Shown here: one piece after another, positions 41,495 to 53,910 of the stretch | Layout of the letters: the number at the start of each line of letters is the position of its first letter | Position numbering within the stretch: position 1 is the first letter of the stretch | NCBI GenBank assembly: GCA_050084985.1 | Contig: JBITNC010000002.1 | Span: 24,242,001-24,306,000, forward strand | Length of the DNA: 64,000 nt | Source: Nageia nagi | Taxonomy: Eukaryota > Plantae > Pinophyta | Direction: 5' to 3' | Translations under genes and position numbers: made by a program | Notes under the pieces: model-generated | Told to the model about the DNA's origin: nothing | The model's input: the letters and a program-made list of their open reading frames with translations, nothing else | Database searches by the model: none

Positions 41495-42285
41495 TTCCCT
41501 TAATGTCAATGGTTTAAATTCCAATTCAATTATAGATACTAAGGAATTGATCCTTTAGTACTGCTTTAGTAAATATGCTTGCAAGATTATCTTCAAATGT
41601 ACAAAATGTGAATTCAATGAATCCATCCTTCACCAAGTTTATCATGAAATGATGATAAATGTCAATATGCTTGCTCTAGCTATGAAACACTAGATTCTTT
41701 ATCATGGTAATGGTATTGGTTTTATCACATTTAATTATAATGGGCTAAGCAAATTCCATGCCTAAGTATTCAAAAACATTTATCATTCAAATGGCTTGAG
41801 TGCAAGTAAAGGATCCAACCATATATTCTTCTTCGATAGTGGAAAGAGAAATTATTTATTGCTTCTTACTAATTTATAAAATTAATTATTCACCAAAGAA
41901 AAAGGCATAGTATTATGTTCTTTTTTGAGAATCTAGACTTTTAACCTAATTCCCATTTATGTATGTATGCTCAAGATTTTCAGAATTAGTAGCTTTATAC
42001 CATAGACCAAAAGTTTTTTATACCACTCACTTAATGAAGAATTATTTTGGTTACCTTCCAATGGGATTCATATGAAGAATTCATGAATCTTGTTAAAAGG
42101 TTAATTACAAACATAATATTAGGTATTGGAGTTGTGAGATACATGAGGCTACCAACTAGAGACCTATACAAGGTTGCATCAACAAGAGGAGTAGAGTCCT
42201 CTTTTATCAATTTATAACCAATAATTATTAGTGTACCAATTAGTTTGCAATCCTTCATGGAAAATCTTACAAGTATGTCATCAAT
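41495..42285 (-). pseudogene. Copia-3 fragment: RT C-terminus, RNase H and PPT (different lineage from Copia-1/2)
   Basis: VDATLYRSLVGSLMYLT, HS*SKHIDIYHHF, LASIFTKA; PPT-like rc TTAAGGGAAG near 41500. Confidence 0.85.
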
Positions 42286-42891
42286 TTGGTCCTAAACCAA
42301 ATAGGACATTTCCAATAAAGTAGTTTAATTTTGAGGAAATGAAGGAGCGAAGGGAAAAGGGTATTTACTATAATTATGATGAAAAATATGGACCAAAAAA
42401 TTGATGCACCACATAGAAATTGTATTTTTTAAATGTTGACACACCAAAGGAGTCGATAGAGAAGGAATATGAGGATGCAATCATAGACATAGTAGATAAA
42501 CTTGATAATTTCATTAAGGAACTCCTAAAATCTCTCATAATGCCCTTTCATGATTTTCTTCCTCCTCAGACCATGAAATGTAATGAACATTTCAATGGAT
42601 ATATAGACAATTATTATGTTGATCAAATTAAAGAGCACACATAATTTCATTGACCTAAGGGTAGATAAAAAGGCCAACTACTGTATACAACCTTTGAATA
42701 GTTTTAAAGTTATGATTGGTAATAGTGGAAAGATTTCTTGTAAGGGGAAATAACATAATGTCAAACTCAAAATGGGAGAATATAAATTAAAAATTTACAT
42801 GTACATTCTTCCATTGGGGGGATGTGATGTGGTCCTTGATGCTCAATGGTTGCAAACGTTGGGGCCTATCTTATGGAGTTTTTTTAAACTT
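42286..42891 (+). pseudogene. Chromovirus-type gypsy gag C-terminus and aspartic protease (5' half of the 23787-25720 element)
   Basis: EMKERREKGIYYNYDEKY, STHNFID, LPLGGCDVVLDAQWLQTLGPILWSFFKL, continued by WMQF at 25720 minus. Confidence 0.88.
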
Positions 42892-43597
42892 TATTGGGTA
42901 TGGATTCTGATTAGATACTTTTTAGTACAAGTAAAAAATAGAAGGTGTATACTATTTTGAATTACCTAAAATTTAATATGAAAATTACACACATAAATAC
43001 ATTTTTAATAATATAAATAACATCTAAAATAGAGCAATAAATTAAAACTTATGAACTCTATAAGTTAGCTATTTTTTTAGTACTATAATTATGAATTTCA
43101 AAGGGAGAATTTTTTTCAAATCATTATTTATGTTTAAATTTGCAAAATGGGAGTTAAATCTTGCATGAATAATTTTGTATAGTTTTATAGATAAAAAATG
43201 GGGTTTTTTGAAATGGTAAATCTCCTATATATCCATGGCTTTGGATTACAGCTTGTAGAGTGAAAAAGGTGTATGTTATGAAAAGTGTGAAGTGGTGTAG
43301 TTTGATGCAAGTTTCTTGAAGAGGGATTAAGAATTTTCAATGAGATTTTATTGTACTAAGAAGAGGATTAAAAAAGTGTTATATATTTGGTTTTTCACTT
43401 GGTGGATTATAATATTGATGGTAAATCAAGGATTCAAAGCTTCTTTGTAGATGTATCTCACGTCAAGTAAACCACTTTAAATTTGTCTCCTCTCCTTGTG
43501 TGCTTTGCTCTTATTTTTCTTATCATGTTTGGATTATTATATAAATAATAAAGTGTATATTTATCAAAGTTTTATAATAAAATAATAGAACCTAACA
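42892..43597 (+). repeat. 5' LTR of Copia-2 (LTR B), displaced and inverted
   Basis: TATTGGGTATG...AATAGAACCTAACA preceded by AACTT (42887-42891); PBS lost except AGT. Confidence 0.85.
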
Positions 43598-45165
43598 AGT
43601 TATAATTCTACGAGTCTAGATATATCCTTCAAAATTTGAAAGGATTTTGGAGTTTCATCCAAAATACTCTTGTTACTTTTTAGTTAAATGAACCCCTTTT
43701 TCTTTCAAGTAATTTTTTTTTTAATCTTCATGTACTTAGTTTAGATTCTATTATCAAAAATCATATTTGGTGCATGCATGAAAAAAATAATAAAATTTGT
43801 ATCTTATACAATTACCAAAAATTATCTCAATTAATGTATCTTCTTTTAATAAAATTTCTCCAATATTTGTTAGGTTTTTGTTAATTATCAAATAAATTAA
43901 AGCAATACTAAATCTATCCCTAATGATGATAAATTAAAATGGTATAGACTCCTTTTTTTTAAACTATAAAATAAATATTTTATAGGGTCTTTGGTTTCTT
44001 TATATTATTATTTATATCCCTTAATCGATAATTGAGCCTTGTTACATTTAAACTTGAATCTAACTTCCACTTTTTGATAGGTTGATTTGAAGATAATGTA
44101 TCCATGTGAATTAAGGATCAACTTTTATGACTTGGATTGTAGCATTAAGCTATGAAAATCATAAATTATAGCATAGGAGTGGCCCATGGTACGATTGATG
44201 CTTTATATAATCCTAAATTTAAAACAAAGCAAATATATTTCTCTATCTTGTTCATAACACTAAAGATTTCCTCCATACCCTTGATGTTAATATGGGACCA
44301 ATAGTTATCATTGACATAATTTAATTTGAAATTATGTCTCATATTTAATTATGGTTCCCCTTCATACCTCACATTGAATTTCCAGAGCTTCTTCTTGAAA
44401 ACTTTTGTATTTTTTGTTCCTTCTTCAAGGTCCTACCACATCTTAGTATTGAGTTATCTTCATTCTAAATAGAGAGAAAAGATATTAAGTTTTAATGGAT
44501 TTGAATTTCTTGCACATTCATATATAGTTGAAAAAATTAAGCCATGTGTGTGATTATGCAAAATATTAACCTAATCATATGTTTATATTCTTTTAACTCC
44601 AACAAATTAATGAGCTGAATATGTGAAACTATGCAAAATGTTGGCCCATTCACATATGTTTTAGTCTATAACATTGAATATTTAATGAGTTGGATATATA
44701 AAAATACGTAAAAAGATTACTTTATTACATTTTGGTATTTTCACATGTTTACAAATTTACAACTCTAAGTAGTTAAAGAGTTTCTTATAGATGATTATGC
44801 AAAAAGTTGATTTAGCTACATCTTCGCATGTTCATAATTATGTAACTTTGAAAGTTGAAGAGTTAGATATATATGAACTTGTGAGAAGGATGATTAAGTT
44901 TTATTCTTTTATATTTATATATGTTAATAATTTAGTTTTAAAATGAATTTTTTATGGTATGTTCAAGTATGAAAAAATATTTGGAATAATTGGCAGATAT
45001 GTTTGGGAATTTTTTTATGGAATTTTGTTCTTAAAACATTAAAAAAAAGGAAAAATAGTTGATGGTTCCTTGTTTTTCTTGATAATCACTTCAAGTTTAT
45101 TTGATTACTAGAATTTATGTTTTATTTATTAGTTAGGTTTTCTAGAGTGAAAAGTAAAATATATC

Positions 45166-45270
45166 ATATAGTTAGAACCATCCTAAGTTAATGTGTTAAT
45201 ATAGTTAAAACTATCCCAAGTTAATATGTTAATATACTTGGAACCATCATTTAAGTTAATGTGTTAATAT
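45166..45270. repeat. Tandem repeat, ~33 bp x3
   Basis: atatagttagaaccatcctaagttaatgtgtta variants. Confidence 0.75.
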
Positions 45271-45362
45271 ATAATATTTAAACAAAAATATTAATTATTT
45301 ATGCTATAACTAGCAATCCATCAACATGTATATAGCTAATTAATATATATCAAAATAATAGT

Positions 45363-46149
45363 TGTTATCACATAAAATTTATTTATGCATTGAAATAAAT
45401 ACATTTGCTTGCACTAATACACACATAGAATATTTAATTTAATGATATCAATGTTTATCTTGAATATAATCATAATATCAATAATTATCTTGAATATCAT
45501 TATGTATTATGGACTAACTTGTTTATGTAGGTACACGTCAACCTAAGGAGTAGGTCATATTATTATCTACATAATTAGGGATCTAATAGTGAGTCCACAT
45601 CAAGGAGATACATGATCCCATATCTGATCTTGGTGGTGGTAATTCTTTAGGTGTATTTTGATACTACCATTCAAGGTTGTGGTTTGTGTACTTCCTTATG
45701 CAAGTTTTCTAACACTAACAATTTATCTAGATATCATATCACTAATCGAAACATCTATATGCAAATTATTGACTTGATTTGAAAGAAAAGAGCACTCTAA
45801 CAAAGGTCATTGATGCTCCTTATTCATGCAAATACATCATAAATTCTCCTCTTGTACACACATAGACCACTCATGCTCCTCTATTTGTTGCATTTTAGGT
45901 TATAACTTTTGGATCAGGATTTCTCTATCATCCACATATAAAACGTATAATCATTCATCGATGTCAAGTATGCTTTGTAAGGTAAGTATACAAATTACAA
46001 TTCTTGATTGGTATTGCTATCCTAATTCTAAGTGGTTATCTTCTTCATTTGTTTGTATGTATGGTCTAAATTGCTATCCGTAGCTCAAAATAGGTATTTT
46101 GGGTTTTATAATTATTTATTTGTTTGCATGTTAAAAATATTTGTAAACA
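45363..46149 (+). repeat. 5' LTR
   Basis: Colinear with 52499-53206 apart from an ~80 bp indel near 45815-45910. Confidence 0.93.
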
Positions 46150-46151
46150 TT

Positions 46152-46168
46152 TGGTGAACCTGACATGA
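46152..46168 (+). other. Primer binding site complementary to tRNA-Trp
   Basis: TGGTGAACCTGACATGA versus TGGTGAACCCGACGTGA (rc of the plant tRNA-Trp 3' end); both mismatches are CpG decay. Confidence 0.85.
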
Positions 46169-46186
46169 AACTTAACTTATAAAAAT

Positions 46187-48500
46187 ATGAACAATTCATT
46201 AAATCTTTTATTATTAAATCAATCAAATCCTGAACAAACTAAAAGAAAAAGAAAATCATGGAAAGGTATAACATCAATAAGAAAAAATGCTAGGTTAAAT
46301 AAAGATAGTGCCCCTTTGGCTATTGAAACCAATTTTCCTAATGATGAATCTTATCATGGAGATTCTGAAGACAATGATAACCCCAATAAAATAAGCATAA
46401 ATATAACAAATGATGAATCTTATCACGGAGATTCTGATGATAATGATAACCCTAGTAAAATAAGCATAAATATAACAAATTATGAATCTTATCATGGGGA
46501 CTCATAATACAATGAGAGCCTTGAAGAAGAAATAATCCAACCTTTTGAGAATAAATGTCAATTAACCCTTTATTGATCTAAAAAATCTAATGATCTAAAT
46601 CTAACAGAAGATAAATTAAGGTTAGTCCAAGAATTCTTAAAGTTTCCAAGGTTATTCTATAAATTTACTAAAGATATTACCATACCTCATTCATTTCATA
46701 TTATCTATGAATTTTTGACCAAAAATAATTCTAGGTCACCTTCTAGGATAATGTTGGCTAAGCCACTCCTCTTATCGTTCACCTTAACAAGTTAGAATAG
46801 GACTACCTACAATCTAAATCTCATTGAAATGGACCTCTTGTGGCCCATTTTTCCTATGGAATGCCATGTTAATTTTTTTTTTGCTTTTTCCTTCCATATA
46901 TGAATAGAACTTTCATCCATCTATGTCATCCTTAACACTTGTAAAACATTTAAAAGATCATGAATCAATAACATTAGAAGAAGCTAATTATGAGCATTTG
47001 GATGATGAGATGGTTGAATTCAATGATGATTCAAATAATGAATCAAAAATATAATTTGAAATTGATCCTAAAGCGCAAGAACTTATCAATGCTTACCCTT
47101 ACTGGTTAGATAGAGAAAAAGAAATTAAAGAGATATAAGTAAGGAAAATAATAGGCACACAATCTTATCAAAAAGCTCAAATAAGTGTAAGATAAGTAAT
47201 CATAAGAGAATTGGATAATCAACTAATTCAAGAATGGAGAGATCAAAATGGGAGATTTACTCCAGAGACACCTAAATATGAGAATGAGAAAGTTGAGAAA
47301 CCTAATCTCCTAGAGAAAAACAATAACAATGAAATTATATGAAATGAAAAATTGGAGAAAAGGATGGCATAATTGAAGGAAATGGCTGAATAATTAAAGA
47401 GATTAATGCTATTAAGTAAATAAAAAGAAGGTGAATAGTTAAACAAAAGGCACCCCTTTTGTGCAAAAATAAAAGGAAAGTATGATGGCATTAGTGATCC
47501 AAGGATACATATCACAATTTTTGAAGAAGCAGCTTGTTATTATCAACATAATGAAGATATGTTAGTGAGATTATTTAAACTCAATTTAGGGAAAGAATAT
47601 TTTGAATGGTTCTACAATCTATAAAATCAAAGCATCACTAACTATGAGCAATTAAAATGAGAATTCATAAATCAATATCAACATAATATAAAAAGAAAAC
47701 CAATCCTTATCGATTTAGCAAGAATGAGACAAGGTAAGAAACAATAATTTGAGGGATTTGTAAAAACATGGAAGAAAAAGCCATATTCATAAATTTAAAT
47801 GAAAAAGATAAAGCATAGTTAACAATCTCTTTAGATGAGTATGATATTAGAATTATTCAACTATCTAGAAACAACCTTTCTGAGATGATTAGTCATGATT
47901 CAAAAGAGAAGCACCTAGTAAAAATTAGTATTGAAACTTAAAAGAGAAGAATAAACTATCAACTATGAAAATAATCGCAAATTGCAATAGAAAAAGAACA
48001 TCTTGTCCATTTAAGAATAAAACCCTAGATTATACACTAAAATTACATAAGATTATGATGAACTATTACAATTATTGCTTCAAAAGGGTTTGATCCAATT
48101 ACCATCCATGAGTCAAAAGGTCACTAAAACTATAGGTGGATTTTATGGGTATCATAGAATTCATGGACACAAAACATGTGAATGTAAAAGGTTTAAAGAT
48201 GTTGTCTAAGACTTGATAGATAGAAAAATGATATCATTCAAAAAATAGGAAGATAAGAAAAAAGCTCCAGTACATGTGCATAATGAGAAGTTGGGGATTT
48301 ACAAGAACCCCATGCCACAACATAACATAGCAATATTGTATACATAAGATAATATGTTGAAAAAGCCATTTATCATAGTACCACAACAAGGAAAACATCA
48401 TAATGAAACTAGCACTAGGGGGGGAATAAGACCCTCTGGTTATGTCATTTGGTAAACATGCATGATCATACTAACACTAATGTAATTAATAGTAGGATAG
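46187..48500 (+). pseudogene. gag (Retrotrans_gag plus Ogre/Tat-type His-rich zinc knuckle)
   Basis: KYDGISDPRIHI...LVRLFKLNLG..YFEWFYNL...SITNYEQLK; YHRIHGHKTCECKRFKDVV*DLID. Confidence 0.85.
46339..46505 (+). repeat. 69-bp in-frame tandem repeat x2.4 in the gag N-terminus
   Basis: Encodes NDESYHGDS(E/D)DNDNP(N/S)KISINIT twice plus a partial copy. Confidence 0.9.
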
Positions 48501-48829
48501 ATGAACTGATCAACGTCATTACAAAAAAAAATGGGGGATCATTTTGACATCATATCAGGAGTGTTGGCACTCTATTTTTGTTAAGAATGGACTACCCATG
48601 ATCCTCTTTTGTAGTTAGATTTTATCAAATTAAAAATTTAATGAATGCCCCTTGGCATGGATTTTAGCTCCAAGATCATTTTATCTTTTCAAGCCTCTTG
48701 GCGTAGAGTTTTAGCTCTAAATTATCATAAAAATCATGTAACAAACTATAATGTAAAATAAATAAAAAGTCATTTTTATATATCATAAAAAGGTTAATCA
48801 TTTTACAAAATCTTGGCATGGATGAGTAA

Positions 48830-51230
48830 TAATCATGCACATAAAAGCTATAGTCTCCTAGAAGGACCCCCTCCCCCTACACTAGAACTAATAGCCCTGC
48901 TAGAGCCACTACCCTTGCACCTAGCCTTGTATTGTTTAGCCCTCACCTTTTCTTCCCCTACTTATCTCTCAACCTTGCATAGCTTCTCATAAAGATCCTA
49001 GATCCATGCATTAGCTTTTTATAGATCATGGTATAGGGTGGTATAGTCTCCTCCTCTGTATCATAGCTATCCCTAAAGATCTTTAATTTTTACATCCTTT
49101 TGCTCTATGAGCTTGTGTAGCTAGGCCATGTTTGGTTCAGGATCCTCATCATCTACATATAAATCATATATCAGTATTTCATGCATCTTACAATAAAAGT
49201 AAAAAACATATATATAAGATAAAACAAATAGATACCATCATCATCATCCTCATCTTCAGACACATCCATGTCTCTCTCTATGTCGAGCTCATACTCATCC
49301 TGATCTAGGTCAATCTCCTCATTATCATCATGACTAGCATTTAGCATCCTATCACATGTATCATCTATGTCATGTGAGCCCCATTCTAATGGTGTGTACT
49401 TAGTGTCCCATCCTATTGGTGCCTTCTCTGTGTCAAATGCATCTCCCTCATCCTTGAGTTGGTCTACCTCGTGTATGCCTAGGTGGTGAGGGGCATGTCC
49501 CTGCCACCAATCCATGTAGTCCTTAGTATGCTTAGGACCATCCATGTTTGGGTCATCCTCAAAGTTTGAGTCCTTTCTAAGGGATATCTAATCAAAATCC
49601 TAATCTAGTACTAGCTCATAGTCCTTTGGTAGATCCCTATTGCGATAGTAGCGTACTACTATCCATTAGTCAGCTATTATCCCCTATTGTATTCTAAACT
49701 ATTAGAGTACCCTCTTTGGTTTATATGGCTCAAACAACACTCTATGTGGCTAGATGTATGTTAAGTGTCTCACCGAAGCTAGCTCATGTATGTCCTTGAT
49801 CCACTCTAGGGCATATCTATATAGATGCCAGTGCATCTATGACTCCCTGAGTATGTTAAGTCATATCCTCCATCCCTCTAGGTCAACATTAGGAAAGTCA
49901 AGACCATGTGTAGTCATCCACATGTGGGCACATCATCTAGTAGATCTTGTGGTAGAGAGGTTGGTCTAGAGATGCCTATATGATCACAAGACCATACTTG
50001 CAGTATCATGGAATGAGCCACCTATCTCCCCCCTCTTGCCACCTCAATGAATGCATGCAAATCATGGTATAGCTATGCCAACATAGCTAGGCACCATGTG
50101 TATCATTGCTCATATCAAACCATGTCCATGATGATAGGTGCAATCCCCATAGGGAATGTCTCACTACTTTTATTTGGGTAGACAATAGCATCTAATAGGC
50201 AAGAAATAAGGAGCCTCAATCATAGGTCAACCCATACTAGAGGATCCTTTGGTACATATCTCATCAAGGAAACTTCCCTCTTCCTTTGGTTCACCTCATT
50301 TGAGCCTATGAGCCACATAACCCACTCCTTTCCATATTCCATGCTAGGAATGGGGACCATGTTCACTAACTTGCCTCTAATAGGTAGCCTAGTGATCCTA
50401 TAGATATCCTTGAGAGTCACTATAATCTCCCCTATAGGTAAGTGAAAGGTGTTGGAATTTGGATTCCACATTTCCATCAAATCTATCAACATATCTTGAT
50501 CATGATAGATGTAATCAATAAAGGCTAGATAGCTGAAGGAAATAGCCTTGAGTGTGCTCCAACTCTCATCTAATTGGGGTCATTGTTGGGCAATCATAAA
50601 TGCAATACTCTTTCTAGAAGCCTGCATATAATAACTATGATCTTGGTACAAAACACATAAAAATTAATATTAGTTTCTATTATTAATGCATTTCTAAGTT
50701 TTGCAAAACAATCAAAGAGGACCACCCATGATCCAAACTAGCATAAAAGAGGACCAACCATAGTCTAAACTAAGGTAGAAGGGATTACTAGTAGCCCTCT
50801 TCTCATATAGGAAACTAACAAAATTTTATGAGCAGGGTTGTATGGAAAAGAACAACCTAATTACAGAGGTAGAAAGATGAAAAACCATACTAAAAGACAA
50901 AAAATGAAAGCAAAGGTATTCTAATGGGTAAAACCCTAAGAACAAGATATCAAACTTACAGGAAAACTATGTAAAAAAAACATATAGAAAAAAATTAACA
51001 CACCAAAGAAAGATAGGTAAATATGATTTATCTAATGACTAGTAGGAGAGTTTGCCACTAGAGCAACATTGTGTCCCTCTTAGCATGTAATTGGTAAAGC
51101 CATGATAGGAAGATGTGAAACATAAGTAAAGGTAAATCATAGATTAATAGCAGTAGAATCAGGAACAAGCACTCACCTTACAAGCTCTTAAAAACTCCTA
51201 AGCACTCTCCACTTTGAAAATACAAGCAAG
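48830..51230 (-). pseudogene. Antisense spliced Plant Mobile Domain (aminotransferase-like, MAIN/MAIL family) gene with acidic tract and C-terminal coiled coil
   Basis: LIDLMEMWNPNSNTFHLPIGEIIVTLKDIYRITRLPIRG matches the PMD signature; YMDWW motif; GT-AG intron 49153-49235 restores the frame; acceptor at 50622, donors at 50959 and 51176. Confidence 0.85.
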
Positions 51231-51257
51231 TGATAATGAAAGGGGGATCAACCCTCC

Positions 51258-51263
51258 TTTATA
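51258..51263 (-). promoter_or_regulatory. Putative TATA box of the antisense PMD gene
   Basis: rc CTTATAAAGG about 85 bp upstream of a perfect AAG|GTGAGT donor. Confidence 0.5.
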
Positions 51264-51570
51264 AGATTTCAAGGGCACATATCCCTAGATAGTCTCAATT
51301 TGTATACATATCAATTACAAATAGGTAAATAGAATAGTCAATCAAAATTAGCAAGAAATATGCCATTATTTAGGTTTTTCAATTTTCAAAAATTTCTTAA
51401 GAAAAGGATTGCTTGTAGCCTATTTTTGTCATGCTTTGAAGATCATTGATCATATTCTTATGTCAAAATAGACCACCTGCATTCCTTGTTTTTTCATATT
51501 GAACATCCTGATTTGTTAGACATGATAGAGAATTATCTATATGGCTATATATTATATCATATTTTGTTAT

Positions 51571-52075
51571 ATGCCTCTTGGCGTAGAGTTTTAGCTCTTA
51601 TCATCATATTATGCCTCTTAGCATAGAGTTTCAGCTCTCATCATCATATTATGCCTCTTGGCATAGAGTTTTAGCTCTCATCATCATATTATGCCTTTTA
51701 GCATAGAGTTTTAGCTCTCATCATCATATTATGCCTCTTGGCATAGAGTTTTAGCTCTCATCATCATATTATGCCTCTTAGCATAGAGTTTCAGCTCTCA
51801 TCATTATATCATGCCTCTTAGCATAGAGTTTTAGCTGTCATCATCATATCATGCCTCTTAGCTTAGAGTTTTAGCTCTCATCATCATATCATACCTCTTA
51901 GCATAGAGTTTCATCTCTCATCATCATATCATACCTCTTGGCATAGTTTCAGCTCTCATCATCATATCATGCTTCTTGGCATAGAGTTTTAGCTCTAATC
52001 ATCATATCATACCTCTTGGTGTAGAGTTTTAGTTCTCATCATCATATCATGCCTCTTGGTGCAAAGTTGAGCTCC
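51571..52075. repeat. 40-bp tandem array, ~12.5 copies
   Basis: atgcctcttggcatagagttttagctctcatcatcatatt units starting at 51571, 51611, 51651 and onward. Confidence 0.97.
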
Positions 52076-52102
52076 CATTCTACCATAGTATGCTATTTGC
52101 TT

Positions 52103-52260
52103 ATGTGGTCATGTGTGGTCATGTGTGGTCATGTGTTGTCATGTGTGGTCATGTGTTGTCATGTGTTGTCATGTGTGGTCATGTGTGGTCATGTGTGGTC
52201 ATGTGTTGTCATGTGTGGTCATGTGTGATCATGTGCTATCATGTGTGGTCATGTGTTGTC
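52103..52260. repeat. 10-bp tandem array, ~16 copies
   Basis: (atgtgtggtc / atgtgttgtc)n. Confidence 0.97.
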
Positions 52261-52498
52261 AATATCATGACAAGGGGTAGATTGAAAAATATCACTGCAA
52301 GGAGTATTATCAACCCATATCTTGCTTTTACAGGTTTTACTATATTATAATCTTTGTTAGAATTTAGATTGATTACTATTGGTATTATGCTTATCAATGC
52401 TTGTTAATACTTCATTGCTATAACACATTGATTGATACTTTGAATAAAAAATCTCAATGCACCTAATGATATCAATTTCTTATCCAAAGTGGGGCATT

Positions 52499-53206
52499 TG
52501 TTATCGCATAAAATTTATTTATGCATTTAAATTAATACATTTTCTTGCACTAATACACACATAGAATATTTAATTTAATGATATCAATGTTTATCTTGAA
52601 TATAATCATAATATTAATAATTATCTTGAATATTGTTATATATTATAGACTAACCCTATTTATGTAGGTACACATCGACCTAAGGAGTAGGTCATATTAT
52701 TATCTATATAAATAGGGATCTAATAGTAATTCCACATCAAGGAGATACATGATCCCATATCTAGTCTTGGTGGTGGCAATCCTTTAAGTGTCTTTTGATG
52801 CTACCATTCAAGGTTGTGTTTGTGTACTTCTTTATGTGAGTTATTTTGATATTGACAATTTATCTAGATATCATATCATTGATCAAAACATCTATATGCA
52901 AATTATTAACTTGATTTGAAAGCAAAGAGCACTCTAAAAAAGGCCATCAGTTCTCCTTCTAGCTTATCGAGTAGGATTTCTCTATCATCCACATATCAAA
53001 TGTATCTTCATTCTTCGATGTCAGGTATGCTTCATAAGGTAACTATACAAATTACAATTCTTGATTAGTATTACTATCCTAATTCTAAGTGGTTATCTTC
53101 TTTATCTATTTGTCTGTATGGTGTAAATTGCTATCCATAGCTCAAAATAGGTATTTTGGGTTTTGTAATTGTTTATTTGTTTGCATGTTCAAAATATTTG
53201 TAAACA
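52499..53206 (+). repeat. 3' LTR
   Basis: Follows the PPT; homologous to 45363-46149. Confidence 0.93.
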
Positions 53207-53399
53207 ATAACATGTATATCAACTAATCTAAATTAGACATCCTTCAATATGTGTATCAAAATAATAAGATATGCAATCAATCTAGTCTAAATGCACATAT
53301 ACAAGTAGTTTCATCTATTCCATGTACTCATAAATCACATCAATTGTACATCTCAATCCATCCATCCCAAAAATATACATCTAGAAATCTATCCATCTA

Positions 53400-53843
53400 T
53401 CTATTTATCTAACTAGTCTTGACTAGATGAAGGGTCATAGTTAACCCTCCTCTTCATTCCATGTGATGGAGGTGGAACTATGTCACATTGTCCAAAAAAA
53501 ATAAACTTAAATTTAGAAACTTAATCATTATAAATTACCATATCTATATACACAACATTAAAATGCATTATAAATGACCATATCATGTTGAGAGGATGGA
53601 GGTCAATGATTGAGGCTTGCTCATCTGAGCCATGCACATTATGAGTTAAAGTGTTATCAAAGAAGGTCTACAAGATCAAAATAAACTTAATCATTATATT
53701 TATTACCATGTATATCTATAAGTGCTACAAAAATGCATTATAAATTAACATAAATTCATATTAAGAGGGTGGAGGCTCAACCACTGTAGGCTACTGATTT
53801 GAGCCACATGTCTCATGAGTAAAAGTGGTATCAACAAACATAT

Positions 53844-53910
<67 letters not shown>

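Larger units (their letters stand above)
45363..53206 (+). mobile_element. Non-autonomous Ogre/Tat-like gypsy LTR element: gag only, no pol, antisense PMD gene
   Basis: Paired LTRs TGTTATC...TAAACA, PBS, PPT AAAGTGGGGCATT (52486-52498), flanks atagt / ataac (decayed TSD, two transitions). Confidence 0.92.

Noticed and set aside
51571-52075. CRISPR-like array (palindromic repeat units)
   Set aside because: Units are contiguous with no unique spacers, there are no cas genes, and the context is a plant retrotransposon
52090-52350. Cys/His-rich ORF (CGHVWSCVVM)n as a metal-binding protein
   Set aside because: Translation artefact of the 10-bp tandem repeat
53823-53833. PBS-like AGTGGTATCA
   Set aside because: No adjacent LTR end; the paralogous tandem unit reads AGTGTTATCA
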